Below are positions 17,879-26,044 of a stretch of DNA of 28,943 nt, piece after piece. Numbering within the stretch: position 1 is the stretch's first letter; every line of letters starts with the position of its first letter. The DNA is taken from NCBI GenBank assembly GCA_043821645.1, contig JBDRCO010000038.1, positions 1-28,943 of the forward strand, written 5' to 3'. This DNA comes from Pseudomonadota bacterium (GTDB lineage: Bacteria; Myxococcota; JACRCW01; JAFGSX01). Below the pieces are notes generated by a model that ran no database searches, had not been told where the DNA came from, and saw only the letters and a list, made by a program, of their open reading frames with translations. The translations under genes were made by a program, and so were the position numbers.

Positions 17879-20262
17879 GGCGTGGTTACCTCCGCGGATG
17901 TGGCGTCGACGGCAAAGGCCTTGGGTCTGAGCAGGACAAAGAGCACCGGCAGGATGGTCAGGGCGGCAAAGGCGCTGGTCACCATGGTCAGCGAGATGAG
18001 CAGGCCCATGTCGGCGACACCGCCAAACTCGCTGAAGAACAGCGCCATGAAGCCCAGCGCCACGGTCACCGCGTTGACCAGGATGGCGACGCCGCTCGAG
18101 CGCATGGTGGCCACCACGGCCTCGCCGAAGTCGAGCCCCGTGCGCCGGTCGTGCTGGTAGCGGTGCACGAAGTGAATGGCGTAGTCGATGCCGACGCCCA
18201 CGGCGATGGAGCTGGTGGCCATGGTCATGATGTTGAGCGGGATCCCGGTCAGCCCCATGAAGCCGAAGTTGAGAAACAGGCTGAAGAACAGCGGCAGGGT
18301 GCAGAACAGGCCAACGGTGGCCGAGCGGAACATGAAGCCGGTGAGCACCAGCACCAGCACCAGTGACGAGGCGATGGACCAGGCCTGTCCCGTGACCACC
18401 ATGTTGTTGACCGCGCGCATGAGCTCGGCCATGCCCGTGAGCTCGGCGGTGACCCCGCCGAAGTTGGCGTCGATGAAGCCGCTCACCTTGTCGTGCATCT
18501 CGGTGATCACGCTGGCCCGGTCGCTGTCCAGGAACACGGTCATGCGCGCCGTCGCGTAGTCGTAGGTCACGGCGTTGGCGAAGTCGCCGGGCTTGCCGCT
18601 CATCTCGTACAGGGCCAGGTACTGCGCCACCAGCTCGCGCCCCGGCACCTCGAAGGTGACGGCGCGTTCGACCTCGACGCCGTTCTCGTCGACGATCTCG
18701 GTGCCCTTCTCGGTCTCGGTGACGCCGGGCAGGCGATACTGGTCCGCGGTGTCGCCGTGCATGACCCGGTGCATCTGCTTGAGCGGACCGACCATGGACT
18801 GCACGGCTCCGACGTGGGGCTGGCTCTTGAGCCAGGTTTCCAGGGCATCCATTTTGCCGAGGATCTCCGGATCCTTGATGGCGTCGGGCTGGTTGCCCTC
18901 GACGATGACCAGCAGGTTGGTGGTGCTCTTGAAGTGCCGGTTCACCGCCTCGGTGGCCAGGCGAAAGGGGTGGTCGGGTCGGTAGTTGTCGAGGTTGCTC
19001 ATTTCCACCGGCACCTGGGTCGAGCCCACCACGGCCAGGGCGATGACGACGAGCACGGCCAGGCCCACCGCGCCCCGGCGCCGCACAAGGAAGTTCGCGT
19101 AGCCCTGGGCCGCGCGCTCGAGCAGCAAGAAGTGCCCGCTGCCCTGCTCGGAGCGAGCGCCGGGCAGGCGCAGCAGGCTGAGCACGGCCGGGATGAAGGT
19201 GAGCGAGAAGGCCAGGGCTGCCAGCACGCCGAAGGAGGTCAGCACGCCGAGGTAGGTGATGGACTCGACCCCCGAGGTGCCCAGGGCCAGGAAGCCCGCC
19301 ATGGTGGTGATCGAGGTCAGCACCACCGGCCTGTTGAGGTCGGCCATGGTCTCGCGGACGACACCCCGTGCGTCTCCACCGCCGCGGGCCCGGGCGTAGT
19401 ATCCCTTGAGGATGTGAATGCCGTCGGCCACACCTATGGCCACCAGCAGGATGGGCATGACCTCGGTGGAGTGGGTGATGGGGATACCGGCGTAGCCCAT
19501 GAGACCGAGCACCCAGACCACGGAGCTGACCACCACACCGACCGGCAGCAACACGCCGCGCACGCTGCGAAAGGCGACGAGGAGCAGCAGGATCACGATA
19601 CCCAGGGCGGCACTGGACAGCATGCCCATGTCGCGGCCCATGAGGATCTTGGACCAGTAGGTGGCGGCGGGTCGGCCGGTGACATGCAGGGTCAGACCCT
19701 GCACCACGGCCGGGTCCGCCGCCAGGCCGATGATCTTCTCGGCGACATTGGCCTCACGCACGCCAGCCTTGATGAACACCATGAGCGCCGCGGAAGTGGC
19801 GTCCGCGGTGACCAGGGCGCCGACGTACAGCGGCTGTGCGTACAGCTTGTCCTTGAAGGCCGCGGCTTGCTCGGGGGTCGTGGGCAGCGGGTCTGCGGCC
19901 TCGCGCACCTGCATACCGCCGTCGACGGCGCTGATGATGCGCGCGTTGGTCGGGCTCATCACCGACTGCACCTCGTCCAGGGCCTCGATGCGCCTGGTCA
20001 GACTGTCCAGGGTCGTGATGCTGGCCACCGAGAACAGCTCGGGCGCCTCGACGCCAATGATGACCATCTCCTTGGACGGAAACAGCTTGTCGATGCGGTC
20101 GTACAGAGCCTTGGCCGGGATGCGCTGGGGCAGGTCGCGGGTGACATCGGTATCCGTGGTCATGAAGCGCATGCCGTAGCCGAAGCCGGCGAAGGACAGC
20201 AGCATGACGACGATGACGGTCCAGGGTCTGCGCAGCACCAGGTCAGTCAGTCCGAGCAGCAT
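17875..20262 (-). CDS. MMPL/RND-family exporter (two repeats)
   Basis: Two halves, each a TM, periplasmic loop and 5 TM; AIGVADGIH and GVGIDYAIH motifs; TSITTMAGF; NAVTVALGF. Confidence 0.9.
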   Translation of the reverse strand: MLLGLTDLVLRRPWTVIVVMLLSFAGFGYGMRFMTTDTDVTRDLPQRIPAKALYDRIDKLFPSKEMVIIGVEAPELFSVASITTLDSLTRRIEALDEVQSVMSPTNARIISAVDGGMQVREAADPLPTTPEQAAAFKDKLYAQPLYVGALVTADATSAALMVFIKAGVREANVAEKIIGLAADPAVVQGLTLHVTGRPAATYWSKILMGRDMGMLSSAALGIVILLLLVAFRSVRGVLLPVGVVVSSVVWVLGLMGYAGIPITHSTEVMPILLVAIGVADGIHILKGYYARARGGGDARGVVRETMADLNRPVVLTSITTMAGFLALGTSGVESITYLGVLTSFGVLAALAFSLTFIPAVLSLLRLPGARSEQGSGHFLLLERAAQGYANFLVRRRGAVGLAVLVVIALAVVGSTQVPVEMSNLDNYRPDHPFRLATEAVNRHFKSTTNLLVIVEGNQPDAIKDPEILGKMDALETWLKSQPHVGAVQSMVGPLKQMHRVMHGDTADQYRLPGVTETEKGTEIVDENGVEVERAVTFEVPGRELVAQYLALYEMSGKPGDFANAVTYDYATARMTVFLDSDRASVITEMHDKVSGFIDANFGGVTAELTGMAELMRAVNNMVVTGQAWSIASSLVLVLVLTGFMFRSATVGLFCTLPLFFSLFLNFGFMGLTGIPLNIMTMATSSIAVGVGIDYAIHFVHRYQHDRRTGLDFGEAVVATMRSSGVAILVNAVTVALGFMALFFSEFGGVADMGLLISLTMVTSAFAALTILPVLFVLLRPKAFAVDATSAEVTTP

Positions 20263-20265
20263 GGG

Positions 20266-20928
20266 TCACTTCCGTGTGCGGGCGAGCGCGGGCTCGACCA
20301 GGTCGAAGAACATCTCGATGTCGTGTGCTGCGCCCTGGCTCTGTCCCCCGGCCGCCCTGGCCACCAGACCGAGCACCAGGGTCGAGATCAGGGAGGTCAG
20401 CGCCGGGCCTCGTTGCCGCGATGGGCTCAAGGTCGCCAGGGCGGCCATCAGCGGCTGGTGTGCGGCGCGAACCTGCGTCGCCACCTCGTCGCCCAGCTCG
20501 GCCTTCAGCCTGCTCATGCCGCTGGCCATGATGGGCAGCATCAGGGTGGCCAGGTCGGGGTGCGCCTCGAAGTGCGACACCCAGTGCAGGCAGATGGCCC
20601 GCGCCGTGGCCAGAGCGTCCGCGCCGGCATCCAGGTGCTGGCGGCTGAGCTCGGCCAGGGCCACGTGCTCGCGGCTGAGTATGGCGCCGAACAGCTCGCG
20701 CTTGGTCCTGAAGTAGTAGTACAGCGTGGCCTTGCCCAGGGCCGCCTCCTGAGCGACCTGCTCCATGGAGCTGGCGCCGTAGCCATGGCGAGCGAAGACC
20801 CGGGTGGCCGCGTCGCAGATCAGATCGTGTCGCGCCTGCCGCTCACGCTCCCGGCGCTGAGCGGTGCGCGAGGTCTGCGGCGCGGGGGCGGCAGGGGTCT
20901 TTCGACCTGATCGTCGCTTCTGGACCAT
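20266..20928 (-). CDS. TetR/AcrR family transcriptional regulator
   Basis: ICDAATRVFARHGYGASSMEQVAQEAALGKATLYYYFRTKRELF. Likely start ATG 20928. Confidence 0.9.
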   Translation of the reverse strand: MVQKRRSGRKTPAAPAPQTSRTAQRRERERQARHDLICDAATRVFARHGYGASSMEQVAQEAALGKATLYYYFRTKRELFGAILSREHVALAELSRQHLDAGADALATARAICLHWVSHFEAHPDLATLMLPIMASGMSRLKAELGDEVATQVRAAHQPLMAALATLSPSRQRGPALTSLISTLVLGLVARAAGGQSQGAAHDIEMFFDLVEPALARTRK

Positions 20929-21006
20929 GGGGTCGAAATATGAGGGGTGAGCCCTCCCGTCAAGCGAAATTCGACCGTAAGGTCGTGATTCGACCATATG
21001 GTCGAA
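20901..21006. promoter_or_regulatory. Four TTCGACC-N4-GGTCGAA palindromes (probable TetR operators) flanking a TTGACG-17-TATTTC promoter
   Basis: ttcgacctgatcgtcgct 20901-20918; ctggaccatggggtcgaa 20920-20937; ttcgaccgtaaggtcgtg 20970-20987; perfect ttcgaccatatggtcgaa 20989-21006. Minus-strand -35 at 20963-20958 and -10 at 20940-20935. Confidence 0.75.
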
Positions 21007-21073
21007 GAACACCGATGCTGCGTGCCCGCTTTCCCGCACCCGGCTCCCCGGGAGCGGCTAACATGGACGCTTC

Positions 21074-22774
21074 ATGGAGTCTCCTGACCTGAATCCCCTG
21101 CTGCTGCTTGCGCTGGTCCTGGTCGCCGGGACGGGTGGCGGCATTCTGGCGAAGTGGGTGCGCCTGCCCGAGGTCACGGGCCAGATCCTGATCGGCGTGG
21201 CCCTGGGCGCCACGGGCATCAGCATCTTCCAGATCGAGCACATCGAGAGCCTGCAGCCCATCACCTCTTTCGCCCTGGGCCTGATCGCGGTGACCGTGGG
21301 CAGCCACCTCAATCTGCGGCGTCTGCACAACGCCTACCGCCGCCTGCTGTGGCTGGTGCTACTCGAGGCCAGCCTGACGCCGCTGCTGGTGTTCGCCGGG
21401 ACCACCTGGCTGGGGCAGGTGGAGTGGACCCTGGGGCTGCTGCTCGCCACCATGGCCGTGGCCACGGCGCCAGCCACGGTGGTGGCCCTGGTCAAGGAGA
21501 CGCGCTCCCGCGGCGTGTTCGTCAAGACCCTGATCGGCGCGGTGGCCCTGAACAACCTGGCCTGCATCGCCCTGTTCGAGATCGCCCACGCCGTGGTCGA
21601 GCTGCAGCTGGATCCGACCCGTCACGCCGACCTGTGGACCCTGGTGGCGAGCCCGGCGCGCGCGCTGCTGCTGTCGGGGCTCCTGGGGGCGGGGGTGGGT
21701 GTGGTGACGGTGCTGGGCACGCGACACCTGGTGCGCACGGACCAGCTCACCACTGCCTCGCTGGTCGCCATCCTGGTGACCTCGGGCCTGGCCGACCTGT
21801 CGGGTCTGTCCTCGCTGCTGGCCTGCCTGTTCCTGGGTCTGACCCTGGCCAACCTGACGCCGGACAAGGACGAGGTGGGCCACGGCGTGTTCGCGGATTT
21901 CGAGCACGGCATCTACGCGGCCTTCTTCACCCTCGCCGGCCTCGAGCTCGACCTCCACCTGCTGCCCCTGGGAGGCATGCTGGCCCTGCTCTACGTGATC
22001 CTGCGCTACGCCGGCAAGCTGCTGGCCGCCAACCTGGCCATGCGCCTGGCGGGTGCCACGGATCGCGTGCGCCGCAACCTGGGTCTGGCCCTGGCGCCCC
22101 AGGCCGGCCTGGCCATCGGCCTCATCGTGCTGGTGCAGGGCAACTTGGTGTTCGCCGAGCTGCGCGAGCTGTTCTTGGCCGTGGGCCTGAGCTCCGTCGT
22201 CATCAACGAGATCGTGGGCCCGGTGATGGTGCGCTGGGCCCTGGGACGCTCCGGCGACCTGGGCAAGGATCGCGCGCGGCTCATCGACTTCTTGCACGAG
22301 GAGAACATCATCGTCGACCTGAAGGCCGCCACCAAGGAGGAGGCGCTGCAGCAGCTGGTGGACCACCTGGTGCGCAGCAACCGACTGCAGGTCGACAAGC
22401 AAGCCCTGCTGCGCAGCGTGCTCGAGCGTGAGGCCGAGATCTCCACCTGCCTGGGTGAAGGCCTGGCCATTCCGCACGGCCTTCTCGACGAGGGAGATGC
22501 CATCGTCGGCGCCATGGGCCTGAGCCGCGACGGCCTGGCCTTCGAGACTCCCGATGGCCTGCCTGTGCACTGCATGGTGCTGCTGGCCACCCCGGAGTCC
22601 TGCCGCGAACACCATCTGGAGGTGCTGGCCGCCCTGGCACGCGCCATCGCCGGCGATCGCCACATCCAGCGCCAGCTTTATGGCGCCCATTCCGCGGCCC
22701 ACGTCAGCGAAATCCTCCACGCCGAAGAGGCGAGCGAGGACTTCAACTACTTCCTCGAGGACGAGCAGGGTTGA
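21074..22774 (+). CDS. Cation:proton antiporter fused to a C-terminal PTS EIIA (Fru/Ntr-type) domain
   Basis: LPEVTGQILIGVALG; ATAPATVV; VALNN; FFTLAG; LAPQAGLAIG; then KEEALQQL..VLEREAEISTCLGEGLAIPHG..HLEVLAALAR (EIIA with phospho-acceptor His). Confidence 0.88.
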   Translation: MESPDLNPLLLLALVLVAGTGGGILAKWVRLPEVTGQILIGVALGATGISIFQIEHIESLQPITSFALGLIAVTVGSHLNLRRLHNAYRRLLWLVLLEASLTPLLVFAGTTWLGQVEWTLGLLLATMAVATAPATVVALVKETRSRGVFVKTLIGAVALNNLACIALFEIAHAVVELQLDPTRHADLWTLVASPARALLLSGLLGAGVGVVTVLGTRHLVRTDQLTTASLVAILVTSGLADLSGLSSLLACLFLGLTLANLTPDKDEVGHGVFADFEHGIYAAFFTLAGLELDLHLLPLGGMLALLYVILRYAGKLLAANLAMRLAGATDRVRRNLGLALAPQAGLAIGLIVLVQGNLVFAELRELFLAVGLSSVVINEIVGPVMVRWALGRSGDLGKDRARLIDFLHEENIIVDLKAATKEEALQQLVDHLVRSNRLQVDKQALLRSVLEREAEISTCLGEGLAIPHGLLDEGDAIVGAMGLSRDGLAFETPDGLPVHCMVLLATPESCREHHLEVLAALARAIAGDRHIQRQLYGAHSAAHVSEILHAEEASEDFNYFLEDEQG

Positions 22775-22811
22775 GGCGTCGGTAACCGGGCCGGATGGTG
22801 TATGGACGCTC

Positions 22812-23255
22812 TCACAGGTGGGGCGCGATCTGGGCCAGGATCTGGTTCTTGGGCATGGCCCCCACGATCTCCTCGACCACCCGCGAGCCCCTGAACAGCT
22901 TGAGCGCCGGGATGGAGCGCACGCCAAAGCGCGCCTGCAGGCCTGGGTTCTCATCGACGTTGACCTTGACCACCTTGACCCGCCCCGCCTGCTCCCGGGC
23001 TATGGCCTCGAGCGAGGGCGCGATGGTCCTGCAGGGGCCACACCAGGGTGCCCAGAAGTCCACCAGCACCGGGATGGGTGTGGCCTCGACCTCGTCGGCA
23101 AAGCTGCGATCCGTGGCCACCACCGGGTGATCCGGGAACAGGGGCTGCTTGCAGCGTCCGCAGCGCGGTGTGTCGCCCAGGCGCGCGGCCGGGATGCGGT
23201 TGAGGCTGTGGCAGGCGCCGCAGCGGTACTCGATGCCTTCATCCTGAATGCTCAT
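22812..23255 (-). CDS. trxC: Thioredoxin 2 (Zn-binding N-terminal CxxC pair)
   Basis: CGAC..NRIP..CGRC, then VLVDFWAPWCGPC..VRSIPAL; GGAG RBS before ATG 23255. Confidence 0.9.
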   Translation of the reverse strand: MSIQDEGIEYRCGACHSLNRIPAARLGDTPRCGRCKQPLFPDHPVVATDRSFADEVEATPIPVLVDFWAPWCGPCRTIAPSLEAIAREQAGRVKVVKVNVDENPGLQARFGVRSIPALKLFRGSRVVEEIVGAMPKNQILAQIAPHL

Positions 23256-23385
23256 GGCCATCTCCGCGGGCCACGGGCCCGGGTACAAGAGTTTTGAACC
23301 TGCGCACGCCTGGTGTCCCTGGTATGTGGGTGGCGTGACGTCGACAACATAGGCACCGTCAAGGACCTGGCACGCGGGAACGCGC

Positions 23386-23952
23386 ATGGACCTGCTGACC
23401 GTCGTGGGAATCGCCATCGGCCTGGCCATGGACGCCTTTGCGGTGGCCATCGCCACCAGCGTGCGCCTGCACCCCGTGACAGGTCATCAGGTGTTTCGCT
23501 ACAGCTTTCACTTCGGGCTGTTTCAGGCGCTGATGCCCGTGCTGGGCTGGCTCGCGGGCAGCACCATCGTCGAGTTCGTGCGCGCCTGGGACCACTGGCT
23601 GGTGCTGGCCCTGCTCGGCTACGTCGGCGGCAAGATGCTCATGGAGGCCTTTGGCCGCGGCGACGACGAGGGCGCACCGGTGCAGGACCCCACCCGGGGC
23701 TGGTCCCTGATCATCAACTCGGTCGCCACCAGCATCGACGCCTTTGCCGTGGGGCTCAGCTTCGCCTGGCTGCAGGTCAGCGTGTGGTACCCGGCTGCAG
23801 TCATCGGCGTGATCACCGCCGCGATCACCCTGGTGGGCATGCAGCTGGGCTCACGCCTGGGGCAGCGATTTGGCCGCATCATGGAGGTGGTGGGCGGCCT
23901 GGTGCTCATCGGCATTGGCGTGCGCATCGTCATCGAGCACCTGAGCGCGTGA
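23386..23952 (+). CDS. mntP: Manganese efflux pump MntP family
   Basis: GLAMDAFAVAI..FGLFQALMPVLGW..DHW..GGKML..ATSIDAFAVG..GGLVLIGIG. Confidence 0.92.
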   Translation: MDLLTVVGIAIGLAMDAFAVAIATSVRLHPVTGHQVFRYSFHFGLFQALMPVLGWLAGSTIVEFVRAWDHWLVLALLGYVGGKMLMEAFGRGDDEGAPVQDPTRGWSLIINSVATSIDAFAVGLSFAWLQVSVWYPAAVIGVITAAITLVGMQLGSRLGQRFGRIMEVVGGLVLIGIGVRIVIEHLSA

Positions 23953-23967
23953 TCCCTGCGCTCGCGC

Positions 23968-24819
23968 TCAACTTCCTGCGAAGCGACAGCGCATGTCCTT
24001 GCATTCGACCCGCACCTGATTCGGCCCGACCTTTTCGGGCTGCGGGCAGGGCGAGCAGGCGGGCTGGTCGGGCGGGGGAGGCACGGGCTCACCTGGTTTG
24101 TGCGGCTTCGGCTCCGGGTGCAGCGCCTTGCAGGACGCGGCGACCCGGGCGCTCGTTGCGTGCGTGGCAGCCCAGCCGTTCCAGTCCGGGCAGGTCCCGC
24201 ACAGGCTGCAGTCCGCAAAGCTCTGCACGCAGTCGTCGGTGATCACGCACAGGCTGTCGCGGGCGGGCAGCAGGGCCGGGTTCATCCCCAGGTCGCGCTT
24301 TGTCAGTCGGCCGGCGATCTTCTTGGCATCGACGGGCTTCAGCCAGCTCCCCGACACCGCCTCGGCCCAGCCGTAACCGGGCAACCAGCGCAGCAAGGCC
24401 AGCGCGGGCTGTCCCTTCATGGGCTCGACGCCCTTGAAGCGGCCAAAAATGGGGCTCTCGGTCATGCCCGTGAGGCAGGCCTCGCGAGAGATGGCGATGA
24501 GCGCCGGGGTATCCGCCGGGAACACCACCAGGGTCTGGCCCACAGCCACACCCGAGGCCGGCTCGCTGTGCACGACCCGCGTCACCCGGGCCCGCCAGGC
24601 GCCGTAGCGGTAGGCGCCACAGTCCTTGGTGCCATCGCTCGGCACGGGAATGGCGACGGGACGCATGGCCGGATCCTCGAGCTGCAGCAGTACCGCCACC
24701 TCGGTCTGGGACAGCACCTCGTCCAGCGAGGTCTCCTCGTGGGATACCTGGCTGGCGCGAGCGACCGCGGCGAGGGCAAGCAGCACAACGCCTGAGCACA
24801 GCACAGATCGCAGGAACAT
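23968..24819 (-). CDS. Secreted hypothetical protein with Cys-rich C-terminal domain
   Basis: GGAGG RBS, ATG 24819; MFLRSVLCSGVVLLALAAVARA signal peptide; C-terminal CVITDDC..CSLCGTC..CSPCP..CKDMRC. Confidence 0.7.
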   Translation of the reverse strand: MFLRSVLCSGVVLLALAAVARASQVSHEETSLDEVLSQTEVAVLLQLEDPAMRPVAIPVPSDGTKDCGAYRYGAWRARVTRVVHSEPASGVAVGQTLVVFPADTPALIAISREACLTGMTESPIFGRFKGVEPMKGQPALALLRWLPGYGWAEAVSGSWLKPVDAKKIAGRLTKRDLGMNPALLPARDSLCVITDDCVQSFADCSLCGTCPDWNGWAATHATSARVAASCKALHPEPKPHKPGEPVPPPPDQPACSPCPQPEKVGPNQVRVECKDMRCRFAGS

Positions 24820-24987
24820 CGTTGGCCTCCCTCGACGCATCACAGCGTTCGGTGGTGCGCTCATCATGTCCCGGCTTCGATGACGGGCCAAGCGTGGGCT
24901 GTTGTCGACGACAATCGAGATCGGACAGGAGTGTGCGTCGGCTCAGGTATCCAGCTCGACCCGAGTTCTGATGGCCTGCTCAGTGGT

Positions 24988-25956
24988 TCAGAACTTCACG
25001 ATGTAGTTCATCGTCAGGTAGGGGGGCAGGTTGGTCACCGACGCAGTACCGGTGCTGCCCGTGGCTCCGCCGTGGTTGTGACTGCCATTGGTGGGATCCA
25101 CGCCACCGCCGATCTGATTGAAGGGATAAGACTGGTATTCGAGGCCGGAAGCGCCACGGGTGAGCCCATCGTTGGCGTTTTGGCACAACGGCGAGTTATC
25201 GCAGGACACCCTGAGCGAGTGCGAGTGGGCGCCGTCGGCGATGCTGTGGGTGTGCGCTGGCACCGCGGTGTTGCTGTCCACGCCGCCGGAGCCGCCCACG
25301 ACGTCGGCCGAGGCAGCGGTGGCCCTGTTGGCCGACGTGCCGCCCATGTTGTCCATGCCCAGGGCCATGCGCCCGCGCAGGTCGGGCAGCTTGAAACTGC
25401 CCGCGCTCGCCGAGCCAAAGCTGGTGCCCAGCACGGCCGCCAGCCGGGGATAGGTCGCGATGAGCTGCTCGCTGCCGTCGCACAGCAGCCAACCCTCGGG
25501 CGCGGTGGTACCGGCAAAGGGCATGATGGCGCCCGCCGGGATGGCCAGCGACTCGACGCTGTAGGCACCTGGCAGCAGGCGCTTGCGACCGCTCAGGGCC
25601 ACACCGTTGACCTCGATGCCGAGGTAGAGCGCGGACCTGGCCAGGACCTCGGGATCGATGGGCGTGACCGAGCCCAGCACCACGGCGAAGTGGCCACCGT
25701 AGATGCTCACCCCCGAGTGGGTCTCGCTCCACAGTGCCTCGCTCTGACCCTTGGCCGCGTCGTCGACCAGGAAGAACAGCATGTCGACGGGCTCGCTGAG
25801 CTTGACCCCGTCCTGCTCCAGCTGGCCGCTGTAGGGGATCTGGCGCGGCGGGTTGGCGAGCGCGAGCGAGGGAGCCAGGCAGATCAGCAAGGCGGCGGCG
25901 AGGACCGGCCCCACGGATCCGATGCATCGATGGCCATCAAAGACTTTGCGGAACAT
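24988..25956 (-). CDS. Secreted fibre-like protein with phage tail-collar domain and HxH needle
   Basis: AGGAGG RBS; signal peptide; shared N-module IPYSGQLEQDG..LWSETH..GHFAVVLG..LYLGI..RKRLLPGAYSV; tail collar IPAGAIMPFAGTTAPEGWLLCDG..YPRLAAVLG..FKLPDLRGR; HTH, HSH, HNH; NLPPYLTMNYIVKF. Confidence 0.85.
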   Translation of the reverse strand: MFRKVFDGHRCIGSVGPVLAAALLICLAPSLALANPPRQIPYSGQLEQDGVKLSEPVDMLFFLVDDAAKGQSEALWSETHSGVSIYGGHFAVVLGSVTPIDPEVLARSALYLGIEVNGVALSGRKRLLPGAYSVESLAIPAGAIMPFAGTTAPEGWLLCDGSEQLIATYPRLAAVLGTSFGSASAGSFKLPDLRGRMALGMDNMGGTSANRATAASADVVGGSGGVDSNTAVPAHTHSIADGAHSHSLRVSCDNSPLCQNANDGLTRGASGLEYQSYPFNQIGGGVDPTNGSHNHGGATGSTGTASVTNLPPYLTMNYIVKF

Positions 25957-26044
25957 GTCCCCTCCTGGATGCTGTGGCTGCACCTCATCGCAGGCTCGGT
26001 GGACGCCCTCGCGAGAGCCCGAGCCTCTTCCCTGGATGGCTCCT

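Noticed and set aside
11382-22954. Long antisense ORFs 11382..12731, 12691..14340, 15663..16925, 18493..20910 and 21359..22954
   Set aside because: Mirror frames of the GAF, SSS, beta-barrel, MMPL and antiporter genes, with no motifs of their own.
23256-23385. yybP-ykoY manganese riboswitch upstream of mntP
   Set aside because: Expected from context, but the conserved GGGGAGUA-type 5' motif and four-way junction are not evident; an Infernal search with RF00080 would settle it.
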